64,000 bases of DNA from assembly GCF_006345805.1 (NCBI RefSeq), contig NC_042998.1, forward strand, positions 143,716,001 through 143,780,000. Reading direction: 5' to 3'. The position numbers and the translations under genes are program-made. The notes beneath the pieces are model-generated. The model was not told the DNA's origin. It saw only the letters and a list, made by a program, of their open reading frames with translations, and searched no databases. The stretch's first letter is position 1. Every line of letters begins with the position of its first letter. This document shows, piece by piece, positions 26,936-40,381 of this stretch. Origin of the DNA: Octopus sinensis. Lineage: Eukaryota.

Positions 26936-27496
26936 AGGAGGAGAAGGAGATACGAGAAAGATAATTTACTATAATAATACTCTTGTGTTTTTCTCCGTCA
27001 CAACATATGGATAAGAAAGAAATGAGTGATAGAAGAATAATGAAGGGGTGATGGCAAACTGGTAGCGGGAGCGTTTCTGTGTGAGTATGTGTGTATGTAA
27101 AAGGGAGGTGTGTATGTGTGTCTGTATGTGTGTGTGTGCAATGGTGAGCATTCAACTCCTGTTGGTTTGTTTGTTCGTTGCTTTTAAGTATTTAATTTGC
27201 TTGCAAATGTTTTAATGTTAACTTCATTCGTATATATTTTAAGGTTTTGTCAGTTATTGCAAGCAATGTTTTAACATACCGATGTCCCCGCCCCTGTTTT
27301 CTTATTAGCTGAAAATTCTGAAAATTATCAAACTTTGAACACCTGTAACATTTTTGCAAAATTTTTCTGGAATAAATGAATAACAAATTCTGGTTCAGCG
27401 TCAAAAATTACATCTTTATGATACATTAAGGATATTTTTTAAGATAATTGTAAACAGGGACGAAAACCACAAAGATCCATTATACACATATATAAA

Positions 27497-27544
<48 letters not shown>

Positions 27545-27554
27545 TGTGTGAATG

Positions 27555-27604
<50 letters not shown>

Positions 27605-27610
27605 ATATAT

Positions 27611-28186
27611 AAGGTGAGAAAAATTTTTGGAAAAAAATCTTATTTCTTCATTATATTAGCACATTCATTCGTTCACGAACTTGTCAAATGAAATTTTATA
27701 AATGTACAAAACAGCTTGTTCATTTACATAAAACAGATGGGTTTTTTTTGCGGGGGGTGTTTAGAATAAGAGAACATTGTCTTTGTTTTTAGGGAGTGAG
27801 GTTCCATTGACAATCGAGATGGATAGATAAAAATATAGATAGGCTGATAGATAGATAGATAGATAGATATATATATATATATATAATATATATATATATA
27901 TATAGATATATATATATATATATATATAAGGTGAGAAAAATTTTTGGAAAAAAATCTTATTTCTTCATATTATTAGCACATTCATTCGTTTCACGAACTT
28001 GTCAAATGAAATTTTATAAATGTACAAAACAGCTTGTTCATTTACATAAAACAGATGGGTTTTTTTTGCGGGGGGTGTTTAGAATAAGAGAACATTGTCT
28101 TTGTTTTTAGGGAGTGAGGTTCCATTGACAATCGAGATGGATAGATAAAAATATAGATAGGCTGATAGATAGATAGATAGATAGAT

Positions 28187-28220
<34 letters not shown>
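27611..28220. repeat. Tandem duplication, ~317-bp unit bounded by (TA)n
   Basis: AAGGTGAGAAAAATTTTTGG at 27611 and 27928; units differ mostly by single-base indels. Confidence 0.9.
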
Positions 28221-28222
<2 letters not shown>

Positions 28223-28830
28223 TGAAGTATATTTGCCACTTAAATGTAACTAACCCTTAGGGGTGGATGTTACTGTAGCTTGTAGTACCAGAAAGACACC
28301 TCCTCCAGCTGGCTATTGACACACTTTCTGTGCCCTATCAGTATTTGCAAAGGGAAGCCATCTTTCCCATCTTCAACCTTTATGATACACACGGACTCGA
28401 GTTTCTAGATATTGACCCGTCATCAGCGCGTGACAATCACCGGTTGTCAATGAAATGTAGGCCTCCCTTTGCAAATATATATCCTTTTTCCAGTGACGAA
28501 AAGTCACTGATATGGAAAATATGTAAACAAGCAAAAATAAATCTCTGAGCGAGGTATGAACAGTAGCTGCACGACATCGTGAAGTATATGATGACGGATC
28601 AATACCAAGAAACTCGAGTCCGTGTGTATCATACAGGTTGATGATGGGAAGGATGGCTTCCCTTTGCAAATACTGATAGGGCACAGAAAGTGTGTCAATA
28701 GCCAGCTGGAGGAGGTGTCCTCCTGGGGCTACAAGCTATAGCAACATCCAACATTAAGGGTTAGCCACATTTAAGTGGCAAATATACTTCATGATGTCGT
28801 GCAGCTACTGTTTATACCTCGCTCAGAGAT
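28219..28830. mobile_element. Hammerhead-containing retrozyme/pLTR-like insertion, monomer 357 nt, head-to-head
   Basis: CGTGAAGTATA at 28221 and 28578 delimits one minus-strand unit; 28589-28830 is an inverted plus-strand copy starting inside the HHR core (TGATGA...GAAACTCGAGTC). Confidence 0.82.
28388..28432 (-). ncRNA. Type I hammerhead ribozyme
   Basis: rc: CACGCG-CTGATGA-cgggtcaatatcta-GAAA-CTCGAG-TC-CGTGTG; 6-bp stem I, palindromic stem III, GUC site. Confidence 0.85.
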
Positions 28831-29524
28831 ATAATATATATATTATTTACATCGTTGAATTTTTCGTGCCTTTGTATAGGTTTTGTCGTGGTTTACTTTT
28901 CGTTATTGTGCAGTTTGTATATATTGGCAGTTGTTTATCTCCTAAAGTTTCAAAGTTTTTAAAATGTGTTCGGCCTGAGAAAATTGTGGATATGTAAGAT
29001 TTTCAACTTATTTTGGAGGAAATTTTTGTCATGCGTTTAATAGTGTTGTTGGAATGAAAGGTGCGTTTAATAATGTTGTTGTAATAAAAGGTACGTTTAC
29101 ATATTCAAGTAGTCACGGAGAAAAGAAGAGCAAAAGTTTTACTGAGAATTGTAGTTAAAGATTTTTTTAAAATTTTCAGTTTCCGTCTACTAAATCCACT
29201 CACAAGGTTTTGGTCGGCCCGAGGCTATAGTAGAAGACACTTGCCACTTGTGTGTTCGGCCAGAGGGAACTGTAGTGTTCTTGTGCTAAAAGGAGCGTTT
29301 ACATTTTCGAATACTCAGGAAAGGGCAAGTATTCACAGAAAGTTGTTGGTATTAAAGTTTCAAAAATTTTTAAAGCTGATCGTTTGTGTGTTCGGCCAGA
29401 GAAAATTGTGGATATGCAAGATTTTCAACTTCTTTTCAAGGCAATTTAAAATACTCACAAGGAATTGTAGATATTCTAGTTTTTTGAGCGATTATTATTA
29501 TTATTATTATATTTTATTTTTTCT

Positions 29525-29900
29525 CGCATTACAATCACATGATTCCAAGTCCAATCACACTGCTCGCACCCTGGGTAAATGTATTCTGCTATAGCCCCGA
29601 GCCGACTAATGCCTTGTGAGTGAATTTGGTAAGCGGAGACTGTGTGGAAGCCTATCGTGTATGCGCATACGTTTGTGTATGCGTGTACATGTATACATGT
29701 ATGAGTGTGTGTTTGTGCTTGTGTTTGGACCCATTACACAGAAACACTGCTTGAAATCGGTATTAGCATGTGTACGCCCTCGTAACTTAGTGGTTCGGCA
29801 AAAGACACCGACGGAATAAGTACGGATTTGTTTGACTAAACCTGTCATTGTGGTGACCCAGTATGACCGCAGTCTATTGATTAAAACTAGTGAACGTAAA
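29525..29900 (+). mobile_element. SINE family A copy, diverged (plus minus-strand fragment 29176-29245)
   Basis: GCCTTGTGAGTGAATTTGGTA...CGTAACTTAGTGGTTCGGCAAAAGA. Confidence 0.75.
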
Positions 29901-30086
29901 CGATAACTACAAGGTTGGGGTTGATCTGATAAAATGGTAAAAGATACTTAACTCAAGATGGCTCTCAGTGGATCAACCCTGAAACCACGTGATTGCAAAG
30001 CGAACGTCTGGACCATGCGGTCATATTGCAACCAGATTTTTTAAAATAATTTAATGCTTAAAACACTGCGGTATTTGAATCACTGA

Positions 30087-30147
<61 letters not shown>

Positions 30148-30170
30148 GTCTCTGTCTCTGTCTCTCTCTG

Positions 30171-30202
<32 letters not shown>

Positions 30203-31179
30203 CGGGAACGAAACGCAAAGTGGGCATTAACAGGGTTTGAACTCAGCAAATACGGTGGAGAAGGAACCTAAGAAAAGAGATTACAGATAGATTGAGACGA
30301 CTGGACGTGGCTGTTGGAACATTCAGCCTGTTCTTGCGGCACAACTATTTTGGCTCTGAAAGCAAACACTCACACACGATAAAAAAAAAAAAGATAGAAA
30401 GAGTTAGAGAGAGAAAGAAGACCAAAGGAGACATTACAAAGTACACTGTGTAACAGAATTTATATTTATTAATTTATTTTGTCTCTGGTCACTGTTATTT
30501 CTAAATTTGATTCCATCTAGAACTTAAAGGAAATGACTACTATTCCCTTCAAACTTTGCTTTTGTGACCTAGACATCAACGTTTTGAAACTGGCCTATTT
30601 TCAATTATATTTCAGACAGATTCAGCGCTGAGTTACTGAACCAGAAATATCATTATGGCAAATATTCTGCTCAGTACCACAGATTTGCTTGTCAGTTGTT
30701 CGACCATAACCACTTGAGCATGTTCCTTAGTGGTGGACAGTATGTGCATCTCTGATTGTGAACAGGAGTAGTGGGGGAGCATCATAGCCATGTGTTGAGA
30801 AGGATTCTTTGGGATTTGAATAAATGTAAGAAAAGTGAAATTTGAAGAAACATTGACTATTTCTCATACTTTCTACGGGTAAGCAAATAGGAAATAATAG
30901 TTGCAGCCCAAGTAGAAAATTCGTGTTACATAATGTTCTTAATTGAACACGAATGACATAAACATTTTTCTCTCCTCATACACATAAAGGGAAATATGTT
31001 CACGCACATAAACAGAGAAAGAAGTGGAAGAGAGAACGAGTGAAATATTTAAACGAGAGATACATTGAAACGTCCCGTATCAAATAAGTCAGCGTCAAAT
31101 CAAAAGCGCCAAATAAGCGACGTCAAAACGTCACATGAACGTCTAAAGACAATAGCATTGAACTATAGGGCTTCATTGT

Positions 31180-31463
31180 TCTTTTGCCGAACCGCTAAGT
31201 TACGGGGACGTAAACACACCACCGTCGGTTGTCAAGCGATGCTGGGGGGGACAAACACAGACACACAAACATATACACACACACACACATGCATATATAC
31301 GAAGGGCTTCTTTCAGTTTCCGTCTACTAAATCCACTGACAAGGTTTTGGTCGACCCGAGGCTATAGTAGAAGACACTTGCCCAAGGTGCCACGCAGTGG
31401 GACTGAACCCGGAACCATGTGGTTGGTAGGCAAGCTACTTACCACACAGCCACTCCTGCGCCT
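31180..31463 (-). mobile_element. SINE family A copy (3'-truncated)
   Basis: Head intact: TAGGCGCAGGAGTGGCTGTGTGGT on minus strand. Confidence 0.9.
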
Positions 31464-31834
31464 ATGTTCTGTTTCTCTTCACTTCTAGAGTAAATTTTGA
31501 CTGGCCACCTACTTAGTAGCAAGGTTGTGAAGGAAAGTATCTTGTTTTAACCACTATTCTTTAAATTCTAAGAAGGTCTTGAACATTTTTATAGTCCCAG
31601 ATGTTTTGACCATTTGTAAAGATCTCAAGCTCAGCCATACTTTGCTCCAGACGGGTAAGTATGTATGTATGTATGTATGTATGTATGTATGTATGTATGT
31701 ACGTATGTATGTGTGTATGCATGTCTGTGTGAGTGAGCGTGTGTATGTGTGTGTACGCGTGTGCGTATGTGTGTGTACGCGTGTGCGTATGTGTGTGTAC
31801 GCGTGTGCGTATGTGTGTGTGTGTGTGTGTATTA

Positions 31835-32850
31835 TACGACAGTCCTACTTGCAGGGAATGTGGAAAAGAATATGCATCAGGAGGCAAACTGAAACACCAT
31901 ATGAAGGTTGACCAAAACAACATTATATCACCTACATCATGAGGCATCCATCGTTGTTCCATCTGTAGAAAAGAACGTAAGTCCCTAGCGAGACGAAAAA
32001 GTCACATCAGTGTTGTTCATGCTTAAGAGATCAATGAAGACATTTCAAATTGTTAGAAGGGTTCCACTAAAAATGCCTTCGCCGCATTTTAAACATTAAA
32101 TGGATCTTTTTTTTACTCCAGTCACAGATGTCTTTGCGTCTGAAAGCATCACTTCAATTAAATCAATGGTTATAAAAAATCAAACGAGATGGTCTACCCA
32201 CATTGATCGAATGGCGGATGAACGCACACCCAAACAGCTGTTTTGTGGTGAGCTTGCAGAAGGGAAATGCAATCAGTGTAAACATAGAAAGAGGTTTAAG
32301 GACTCCATAAGGACTAACATGAAGTCACTCCGAGTAGATCCAAAGGCCATAGAAACCCTTACTTCGGATCGAGCTGGATGGCGAACAAAAGTGTGGGGTG
32401 GAATGGAAGCTTTTGAAGAGGTCAGAATGACACATGAAAGACTCAAAAGAAATTTAAAGAAGACTGTTGAGATCAACGAAAAGGTGAATCTCAACGATGT
32501 TTTTGTGTGCAGTTTGTGATTGAGCATGCCTTTCTTTTGTTGGGTTCAAATCTCGTTCACGGATCCATGGAAAACGAACTTCCACCAACTAACCAACTAC
32601 TCTGCCTATATATCTGTGCTCACCTGTCAATGCTGTGTATGCCATAAGGTCTTCAAATCTAACGGAGGCCTCAAAAGACATTTCAAGGTCCACATAACCG
32701 CAACTCTTGGTGGTCCAAATCAGATATTCAATCTATGTGGGTGTTTTTCAAAACATTGCTTGGTTTAAAAAGCCACATCAGACGCCATGATAGATCTAAG
32801 GTATAAGTACAAGAGGCGGTTAAACTCTGCATAAGGAGTAGACAACCACC
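31835..32850 (+). mobile_element. RTE-clade LINE 3' fragment(s) with C2H2 zinc fingers
   Basis: NQTRWSTHIDRMADERTPKQLFCGEL...KRFKDSI...DRAGWR; CCVCHKVFKSNGGLKRHFKVH; upstream CRECGKEYASGGKLKHHMKV; ends in (GTAT)n. Confidence 0.8.
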
Positions 32851-35693
32851 GTGTATGTATGTATGTATGTATGTATGTATGTATGTATGTATGTATGCAT
32901 GCCTGCATGCATGTATGTATGTATGCATGCATTTATATATGTATGTATGTATGTATGTTGTATGTATGTATGTATGTATGTAAGTATACTCATTTATGTA
33001 TGTACTTATGAATTAATTTGTGTATGCATATCTTCTTTTTAGGCAAATGCATACGTTCTTTAATGAGTGCAATTGCTCTGTGTAAAGCGTTTCTTCAGTT
33101 CAAAAGCTTTAGGCGCGAGAATCACTTGATTTTAGGACCTCTTATAAGTGTTGGGTACTATGACTGGCCGTTGCTGAGAATGGTATAACATTCAATAAAA
33201 AATTATATAATGGAATGCACAGGAGCTAATGCGTATGACACATGCCAGTTTTACTGAGGAGAATATTCCAAAGAGTAGTATCTTAAATGAGAAACGGTTG
33301 GGTAAAGTGTTTAATACTGTATCCAATTGAAGAATTGTAAAGGAAGTGACGTGTACATCATATGATATGCAACTGTCTGGTTAAAAATATCAGATGCCAT
33401 TTTCATATAGTTAGAAGAACAGAGAGAAAAGAAATATCAAATCATAGACATCAGCAAGGATAAACATATTTACTCGTTACAACGCACTACAATAACCAAC
33501 CGATAACAAAACACTCTTTGATTGTTTTCTTTCTCTTACTTGAAAAGGAGAATTTTACCCGAAATATTACAGAAGAATTACACAATCTATGAAAGGTAAT
33601 GCAATATCTTTTCTCTTTCTTTTCATTCATTGACATCCCCTTACAGGTTTCGCTTAACTCTTCGCCAGCATTGTTCAAAGGCTTTTGAAAGCATTTCATT
33701 GTTATTTTATAGTATTTAATGTTGTCCGTTTAAGTTGTGATGCCAAATCCTGCCAGAGACGAGATTGTTTTTCATATTTTCCATTGAAATAAGTTCCAGC
33801 AATGTACATGAAAATATACTGAAATGCTACGTAAATCGTGCATTAATTTTTGCATATACGTGTGTTTGTGTGCATCTGTGTGTGTGTGTGCGTGTGTATT
33901 TACGTGAGTTTGCACGTGGAAATCGAAAATACCCAAAATATTCTGTATAATTGATTCACTCGACAATAATAAGAAATATTGTTGAGTTGAACCAACATAA
34001 ATATAAATAGCTAATAAATTGTTTAATATATGCATGTGTATGTGTGCCTTTATGTATGTATACGTGTGTACAGGTATGTGTATGTATAGCAAACTAACAT
34101 AAATATCTAATAAAATTATTTTATATATATGTACGTATATGTACTCATGTGTGTATGTACGTGTATGTGTACGTGGTCAAACCAACATAATTTCCTGATT
34201 TATTATATTACATGTGTTTGTGTGTGTGAGTGTGTTTGTGTGCATACATGTGTGTGTATGTATGTATGTATGTATGTATGTATGTATGTATGTATGTATG
34301 TATGTATGTATGTAGTATGTATGTATGTATGTATGTATGTATGTGTGTGTGTTTTCGTGTATATGTGTATGTGTTTGACGTTGGTGTGTAACTAAATTCA
34401 CGTTAGAGTTTCCAGCTAAGTATTCGATCATCTATACGTAGGAAACAGAAATTATGAATAAGCAACTGGTCATCTGATGAGTGATGTTACATGACCAGTT
34501 GTCATTAATATGTGATTCAGAAGTTTTGTGATTGATTGATTAATAAAAACGTTATCTGTAACAAGTGTGTTAAATCCTATGTGTATATGTTTGTATTTTG
34601 TTTTTCTGTGTATATGTGTGTGTGCGTCTGTGCGCGCGAAAATGCTCACAACTTCTATAGTTTATCTAATTACCATTTCGTGGTATTATGCCCGTAATAT
34701 ATTCATATTACATAATACACCATATCCTATATTTAATACAGGCATAGTAGATTACCTCTTGTAGGGTTTTCGAATTGGCTGCGATATTTGCTAATTGTAA
34801 ATTAACTTAGTTTTGCTGTAAACAAGCCAAAAATTGAAGAAAATACCAAAAATAAACATAAAAATATTATAATAAATCAATGAAAATATATAAAACAATA
34901 TATAAACAGTGTCTAATAATAAAACTCGACGCCAAAATGTTGAATAAACAATCATTTGTATACGATTTACGTAGTTCTTCACTATATTTACAAGCAAATA
35001 AATATTACGCAAATGTCACGCCACGTGATTGCTCTGATCGAATCAAAAGTCAGCTAGAAAAAAGAGAAGAGAATAAAAACAAAATGAAGCGGTCACAATT
35101 AGCAAGGGAATGCTGTGTAAGGTTCAATAAGCGTCTTTGAAGATTTTCTATAGTTTTTGGGCCGATAATAAAATCTAGCTATAAAATCGAAAAGCCGTAG
35201 AGAAATCAAGAGAATTCACATTAATCAAATGTTTTTTGCCCCCCACCCACAACCCCTTAGATTTTCTGTGAAGTCAGGGAGAAGCTGAGAATCAAAATCA
35301 AGACTGTTTGGGGGTGGGGGGGATTTTTTGTGGGGCTTTTTGTTTTGATTTTTGGGAGTTTGGTTTCCCAATACTGAGGGAAAAGAAAGAAAGAAAGAAA
35401 GAAAGGGAGGGAGGGAGGAAGGAAGGAAGGAAGGAAAGCAGGAAGGAAGAAGATGAATGAGTGGAAGAGATTATTTAGAATGAGGGTAACAGAAAGAGAA
35501 GGGTGAAAGAGAGAGAAAGAGAACCGGTGACCACTATTAATGGGGTGGATGAAAGAGAAAGAGAGAAAGAGAGAAAGAGAGAAAGAGAGAGAGATAATTC
35601 TCAATATATGAAGCTTAAGCAAATATATTTTCAATTAGAAATAAAATTCTGCACCTTTGTCTCACACATGCATACATACATACATATATACAC

Positions 35694-35741
<48 letters not shown>

Positions 35742-36079
35742 GGAAATGGATGCGTGGCGTTCGATCATATAATAATATACATAATATATATATGCATATA
35801 TACACACATACATGTACATACCTACATATATATGTATATATACATGCATATATGGGTACAGGACTTAAAAAAAAAAACGTGAACAAAATGAGAAATGAGA
35901 ACATAAAAATCAAAAGCATGGAAAGCGAACTTTTTTTCGAACAACGAAAGAAAGAAATAGAGACACGAGATAAGCAACATAAAGAACGTTCCCTTCATCA
36001 GTTGTCCTCTGTTTTATCTACTCTGCGTTTCAAAGGTAGGGACAAGACGCGACTTCGTGGAAACAGTCCTTCCCGCAAA

Positions 36080-37156
36080 TTGGTATCACTCTTACACAAG
36101 ATTAAATTCAAAGACTACAACTGGATGATTTGCGGCGACTTGAAAATAACTTGCGTGTAGCTTGGACAACAGTCCGGCTACACAAAGTTTCCTTGTTTCT
36201 TGTGTGAATGGGACAGTAGAGCCAGGAACCTCTATTGGTCTAAAAGAAAAAGAATGGCTAAGAAGGGATATGCTTACCCCCAAGAACAAAGAATATCCTT
36301 TGAAAAAGTTTGGGTGATCCAAAAAAAGGGTTTTTTGCTTCCTCTACATATAAATCTTGACCTCATAAAACAATTCGTAAAGTCTTTGTCACAGGATGGA
36401 AATAGCTTCAAGTATTTGCGTAGTAAGTTTCTTGCTCTATCAGTCCCCAAGGTTGAAAAGAGTATTTGTAGGACTAGAAATACGGAAACTTGTCAAGAAA
36501 GAAAATTTTGAAAACTCTCTTAGTGATATTGAAAAGGCTGCATAGATTAGTTTTAAAGATTTGATGAAGAACTCCGTGGGTAATCACAAGGATCCAAACT
36601 ACAAAGATATAGGGGGAAGAATGCTGGAAAAGTTCGAGGCCTTAGGATGTAAAATGAACATTGAAGTCCATTTCCTGTATGCTCATTAGGATTTCTTTCC
36701 AGAAAATCGGGGGTGGGCAAGGGACAAGGGGCAAGATTTCATCATGACATAATAGAGATGGAAAGAAGATATCAGAGAAGATAGACTGTCAAGATGATGG
36801 CCGGCTACTAATGAATGTTTCATGGTGAATACATCAAATGCTCACAAGTGAAAGAGTTCCAAGTGAAAAGATATTTTGAGGTGCTGAACCTAAAATATAA
36901 ATGGAGCCCCTAAAAAATATTTTTTCTTACCTCTCAATTGTATTTGTGCCATTTTTATTTTGCCAAATACATAAAGTACTTTTTATTAGATTCATTTTAT
37001 CCTACCATCTGTGAATTTGCCTAGAAATAATAGTGAGAAAAGTTTAGGTAATAGGAAAGCGCGTTTTGATATTTTGAATTAGCACCACAAAAATATATAG
37101 AGTAACAGACAAATATCAAAATAATTTTTCAAGAAGTTCCATTTCGCAGACCTGTG
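36080..37156 (+). mobile_element. Chapaev3-like (CMC) DNA transposon 3' half, degenerate
   Basis: WMICGDLK..LGQQSGYTKFPCFLCEWDSRAR, LPLHINLDLIKQFVKSL, VHFLYAH, RFHHDIIEMERRYQ; terminus ...AGACCTGTG (CAC/GTG-type end). Superfamily assignment from recall. Confidence 0.7.
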
Positions 37157-38093
37157 TTATTAATTTCAGCATTTCAAATAAATACATGTATTTTACATCG
37201 ATAAGCATATTTAGCATTGTAAAACTACAATCACATATTAAATAAAGATGCACAGTAGAGAAGATTAACTCATCAGATCAAATAAAGCAGAATATCATCA
37301 ATACGTTCAGGATTTAACTCAGAAAAGTTGAACTGGGTGATAGATAGGGTTATTGTTTCCTTCCGTGAAAGATATTATATTTTTACCATTACACTCGTCT
37401 CACGGGGCAGGTGTAATAGTAAAAAATTACCAAAAGGACATTCTTTTACGACTCTGCTGTGAAACTAATGAAATTTAATAAATTTAAACCCACTGCGTTG
37501 CTTTAGTGTCTAATGCTTTATGATGTAGTACACCATCAGCAGCAAAGGATCTAAAATAATTGGAATATATAATATAACCAAGTAGTATTGGAACTACATT
37601 GCATTGCTATGTGGTATTATGTCTACTGCCAAAACGAAGTGCAATGATATCCAACGGAAACATTGCTTTGACAGAAATAACAAAGGTACAACAAGGGAAT
37701 ATATCGATCTAAGTGTTAAGACCAGTATCTAAATATGTATATCGATAAAAGAAGAGATATTGAGATTTCCCAATAAAAAAAAATTAACAACAAATGGTGA
37801 GAGGGACAGAAAGAGAGAGAGAGAGAGCAGGGGAGCTAGAGAAGAAGAAGAAGAAGAAGAAGAAGAAGAAGAAGAAGAAGAAACGACGACGATGACAAGG
37901 AGAAACACTAAGAATTTGGTTCAATATCAAGTTTGATTAAACAATACAACAGGAAGTCTTGAGTAAAAGAGATATGCACCATCAGTGTACCATGTTGAAA
38001 ATAAGTAATTTATATGCAAGACGTGAAGTCATAAATATGCATCGTTGTTGACTCTCTTTTGAAACATTCTCCGCTCTGACTTACAGATTATTG

Positions 38094-38145
<52 letters not shown>

Positions 38146-38361
38146 TATATGCGCGCGCGCGTGTGTGTACAAAGCTGTATAATATAGATACATGCATACA
38201 TACATATATGTATATGTATGTATATGCACATATATTTGTGTACACACACTCACATATATATATATACACATATACGCAAATAACAAATACATATATAGAT
38301 GTACACATATAAATATACGTTTTTGTGTATATGTTTTGTGCCTCTGTCTGTGTACGTTGTG

Positions 38362-38433
<72 letters not shown>

Positions 38434-38456
38434 GTGTGTCTGAGTTAGAGCGAAGG

Positions 38457-38514
<58 letters not shown>

Positions 38515-38923
38515 GGAAAGTATGTTTCATAGTGCTCGCTTGATTATTATCTGTTGCTGTAACAATGTACTCGGCACCTATTGGTGCTTTGATGACAGCG
38601 ACGATGACAAGGAGAAACACTTTTCGAAAACAAAGAATCCGTACTTTAGTTGAAAACGAATGAACGGTACTGAGTTCATCTCTTTTTCTCAGAATCACCA
38701 GAAGCGAACAAATGCTGCAAGGCAAATTTTCCGACGCTCTCATGGTTCTGTTAACTCACCGCAATATCCATTTGTATTAAATGCTGTCATCATTTGACAC
38801 TAAATATATGAGATATTTAGAAATAATAATGTTTATATATCTAGGAGAATGTTTATATATAGGAGAATGTTTATATATCTAGGAGAAAGAGTCCAATTAG
38901 ATCACAGATGCCTGCCCCATCAT

Positions 38924-40111
38924 ATGGGTTCATATGATGGGGCAGGCATCTGTGATCTAATTGGACTCTTTCTCCTAGATACCTTCGGTAAAACATTCCC
39001 TAACGTACATTTCGCCATCTACAAAGATGATGCCCTCGCCTTAACAGCTAATACAAATGGACCAGCACAAGATCGTTTTAGGAAGGATATTATCCAGTTA
39101 ATGAAACACTTCGGACTTAGTATAACTATAGACACTAACCTGACGGTTGTCAATTTCTTAGACGTTTCCTTAGATCTTAATAGTAATATTTATAAGCCTT
39201 ATAGGAAGCCCAATGATAGACTAAGTTATATTAATGTAGGTTCATGCCATCCCCCTATAGTATTCAAAAATTTAGTTAAAAATATTAGTAAGAGGATTTC
39301 TAGCCTCTCATCTAATGAGGACATCTTCAATAGCGTTGCCCCAGTTTATAATAAAGCTTTAAAAGATAGTGGTTTTAGCGAAAAAATAAAATATACACCT
39401 ATCACCAGCCCAACAGTAAGGAAAAGGAATAATAGAAATAGGAAGGTCATCTTGTTTACGCCCCCTTACTCACCCGAGGTGGCCTTCAATATAGGTAAAT
39501 ATTTCCTAGCACTGATAGATAGACATTTTCCAGTTAACCATGCTTATAGGAAACTCTTCAATAGACACAATTTAAAAATTAGTTTTAGTTCAACTACCAA
39601 TTTTAAAAACATAATCAATCATAACATACAAAGAACACAAGAAGAAAACAGCTGTTCATGCAGGAATAAAGAATTGTGCCCGCTAAATGGAGCTTGCATG
39701 TCCAAGACCATCATATATGAAGCTACCGTAAACTCTATAACCACTAAAGACACCGTTTCGACGAAGAAATACGTGGGCCTGACAGAGGGTAATTTCAAGG
39801 CCAGGTTCAATAACCACACTTTGAGCTTTAGGCACTGGAACAAAAGAAAAGCGACACAATTATCCAATCATATTTGGTCTTTAAGAGATAAAGGTGTCGA
39901 TTATAACATACAATGGAAGATTTTGGCCAGATGTAAGCCCTATACTAACGGCAGCGGAAGGTGCGGTTTATGCGACATGGAGAGATGGCTTATCTGGAAA
40001 AGCAGCTTAGACCCTACCACATGTCTAAATAGAAGGACAGAGCTTTTCGGATCATGCCCACATGTGACTAAATTTCTGTTACGTTTTTGGTCCCCTAAAG
40101 AAAACGGATAG
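38924..40111 (+). CDS. PLE reverse transcriptase (motifs B-E, thumb) plus GIY-YIG endonuclease, N-truncated
   Basis: MGSYDGAGICDLIG, YKDD, VNFLDVSLDL, YKPYRKPND, SCHPP, CSCRNKELCPLNGAC, IIYEA..YVGLTEGNFKARFNNH, CGLCDME, LNRRTEL..CPH. Confidence 0.9.
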   Translation: MGSYDGAGICDLIGLFLLDTFGKTFPNVHFAIYKDDALALTANTNGPAQDRFRKDIIQLMKHFGLSITIDTNLTVVNFLDVSLDLNSNIYKPYRKPNDRLSYINVGSCHPPIVFKNLVKNISKRISSLSSNEDIFNSVAPVYNKALKDSGFSEKIKYTPITSPTVRKRNNRNRKVILFTPPYSPEVAFNIGKYFLALIDRHFPVNHAYRKLFNRHNLKISFSSTTNFKNIINHNIQRTQEENSCSCRNKELCPLNGACMSKTIIYEATVNSITTKDTVSTKKYVGLTEGNFKARFNNHTLSFRHWNKRKATQLSNHIWSLRDKGVDYNIQWKILARCKPYTNGSGRCGLCDMERWLIWKSSLDPTTCLNRRTELFGSCPHVTKFLLRFWSPKENG

Positions 40112-40318
40112 AACATGCTTTCTGTGTTATGTCCCAAGAAGATTTTATATATTTTTATATATTTTTATATATTTTTATGTATTTTTATATAATTTTTATG
40201 ACGAAAAATGCGAGCGATGTATAAGTACGCAGGCAAAGCAGAGTTATAACAGAGTAATTTCCCTTCTTTTTTAACGGTATTTTTTCATAATATTTTTTCA
40301 TAACGTTTTCAAATAGCC

Positions 40319-40381
40319 AGATAACCGAAGAGATGGTGTTGTGGATTTCCACTTCGGCATCTGAAACTCAGAGTTTTATCT
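40319..40381 (+). ncRNA. Type I hammerhead ribozyme in PLE 3' UTR/pLTR
   Basis: AGATAA-CCGAAGA-GATG...CATC-T-GAAA-CTCAGAG-TT-TTATCT. Confidence 0.75.

Noticed and set aside
35960-36050. Minus-strand GAAAC...GTA...CTGATGA, a possible permuted (type II) hammerhead
   Set aside because: The segment that should form stem I does not pair, so it is not called; the family consensus is worth re-checking
37884-38620. 23-nt duplicate CGACGATGACAAGGAGAAACACT at ~37888 and ~38598
   Set aside because: Could be a TSD, but no recognisable element lies between the copies
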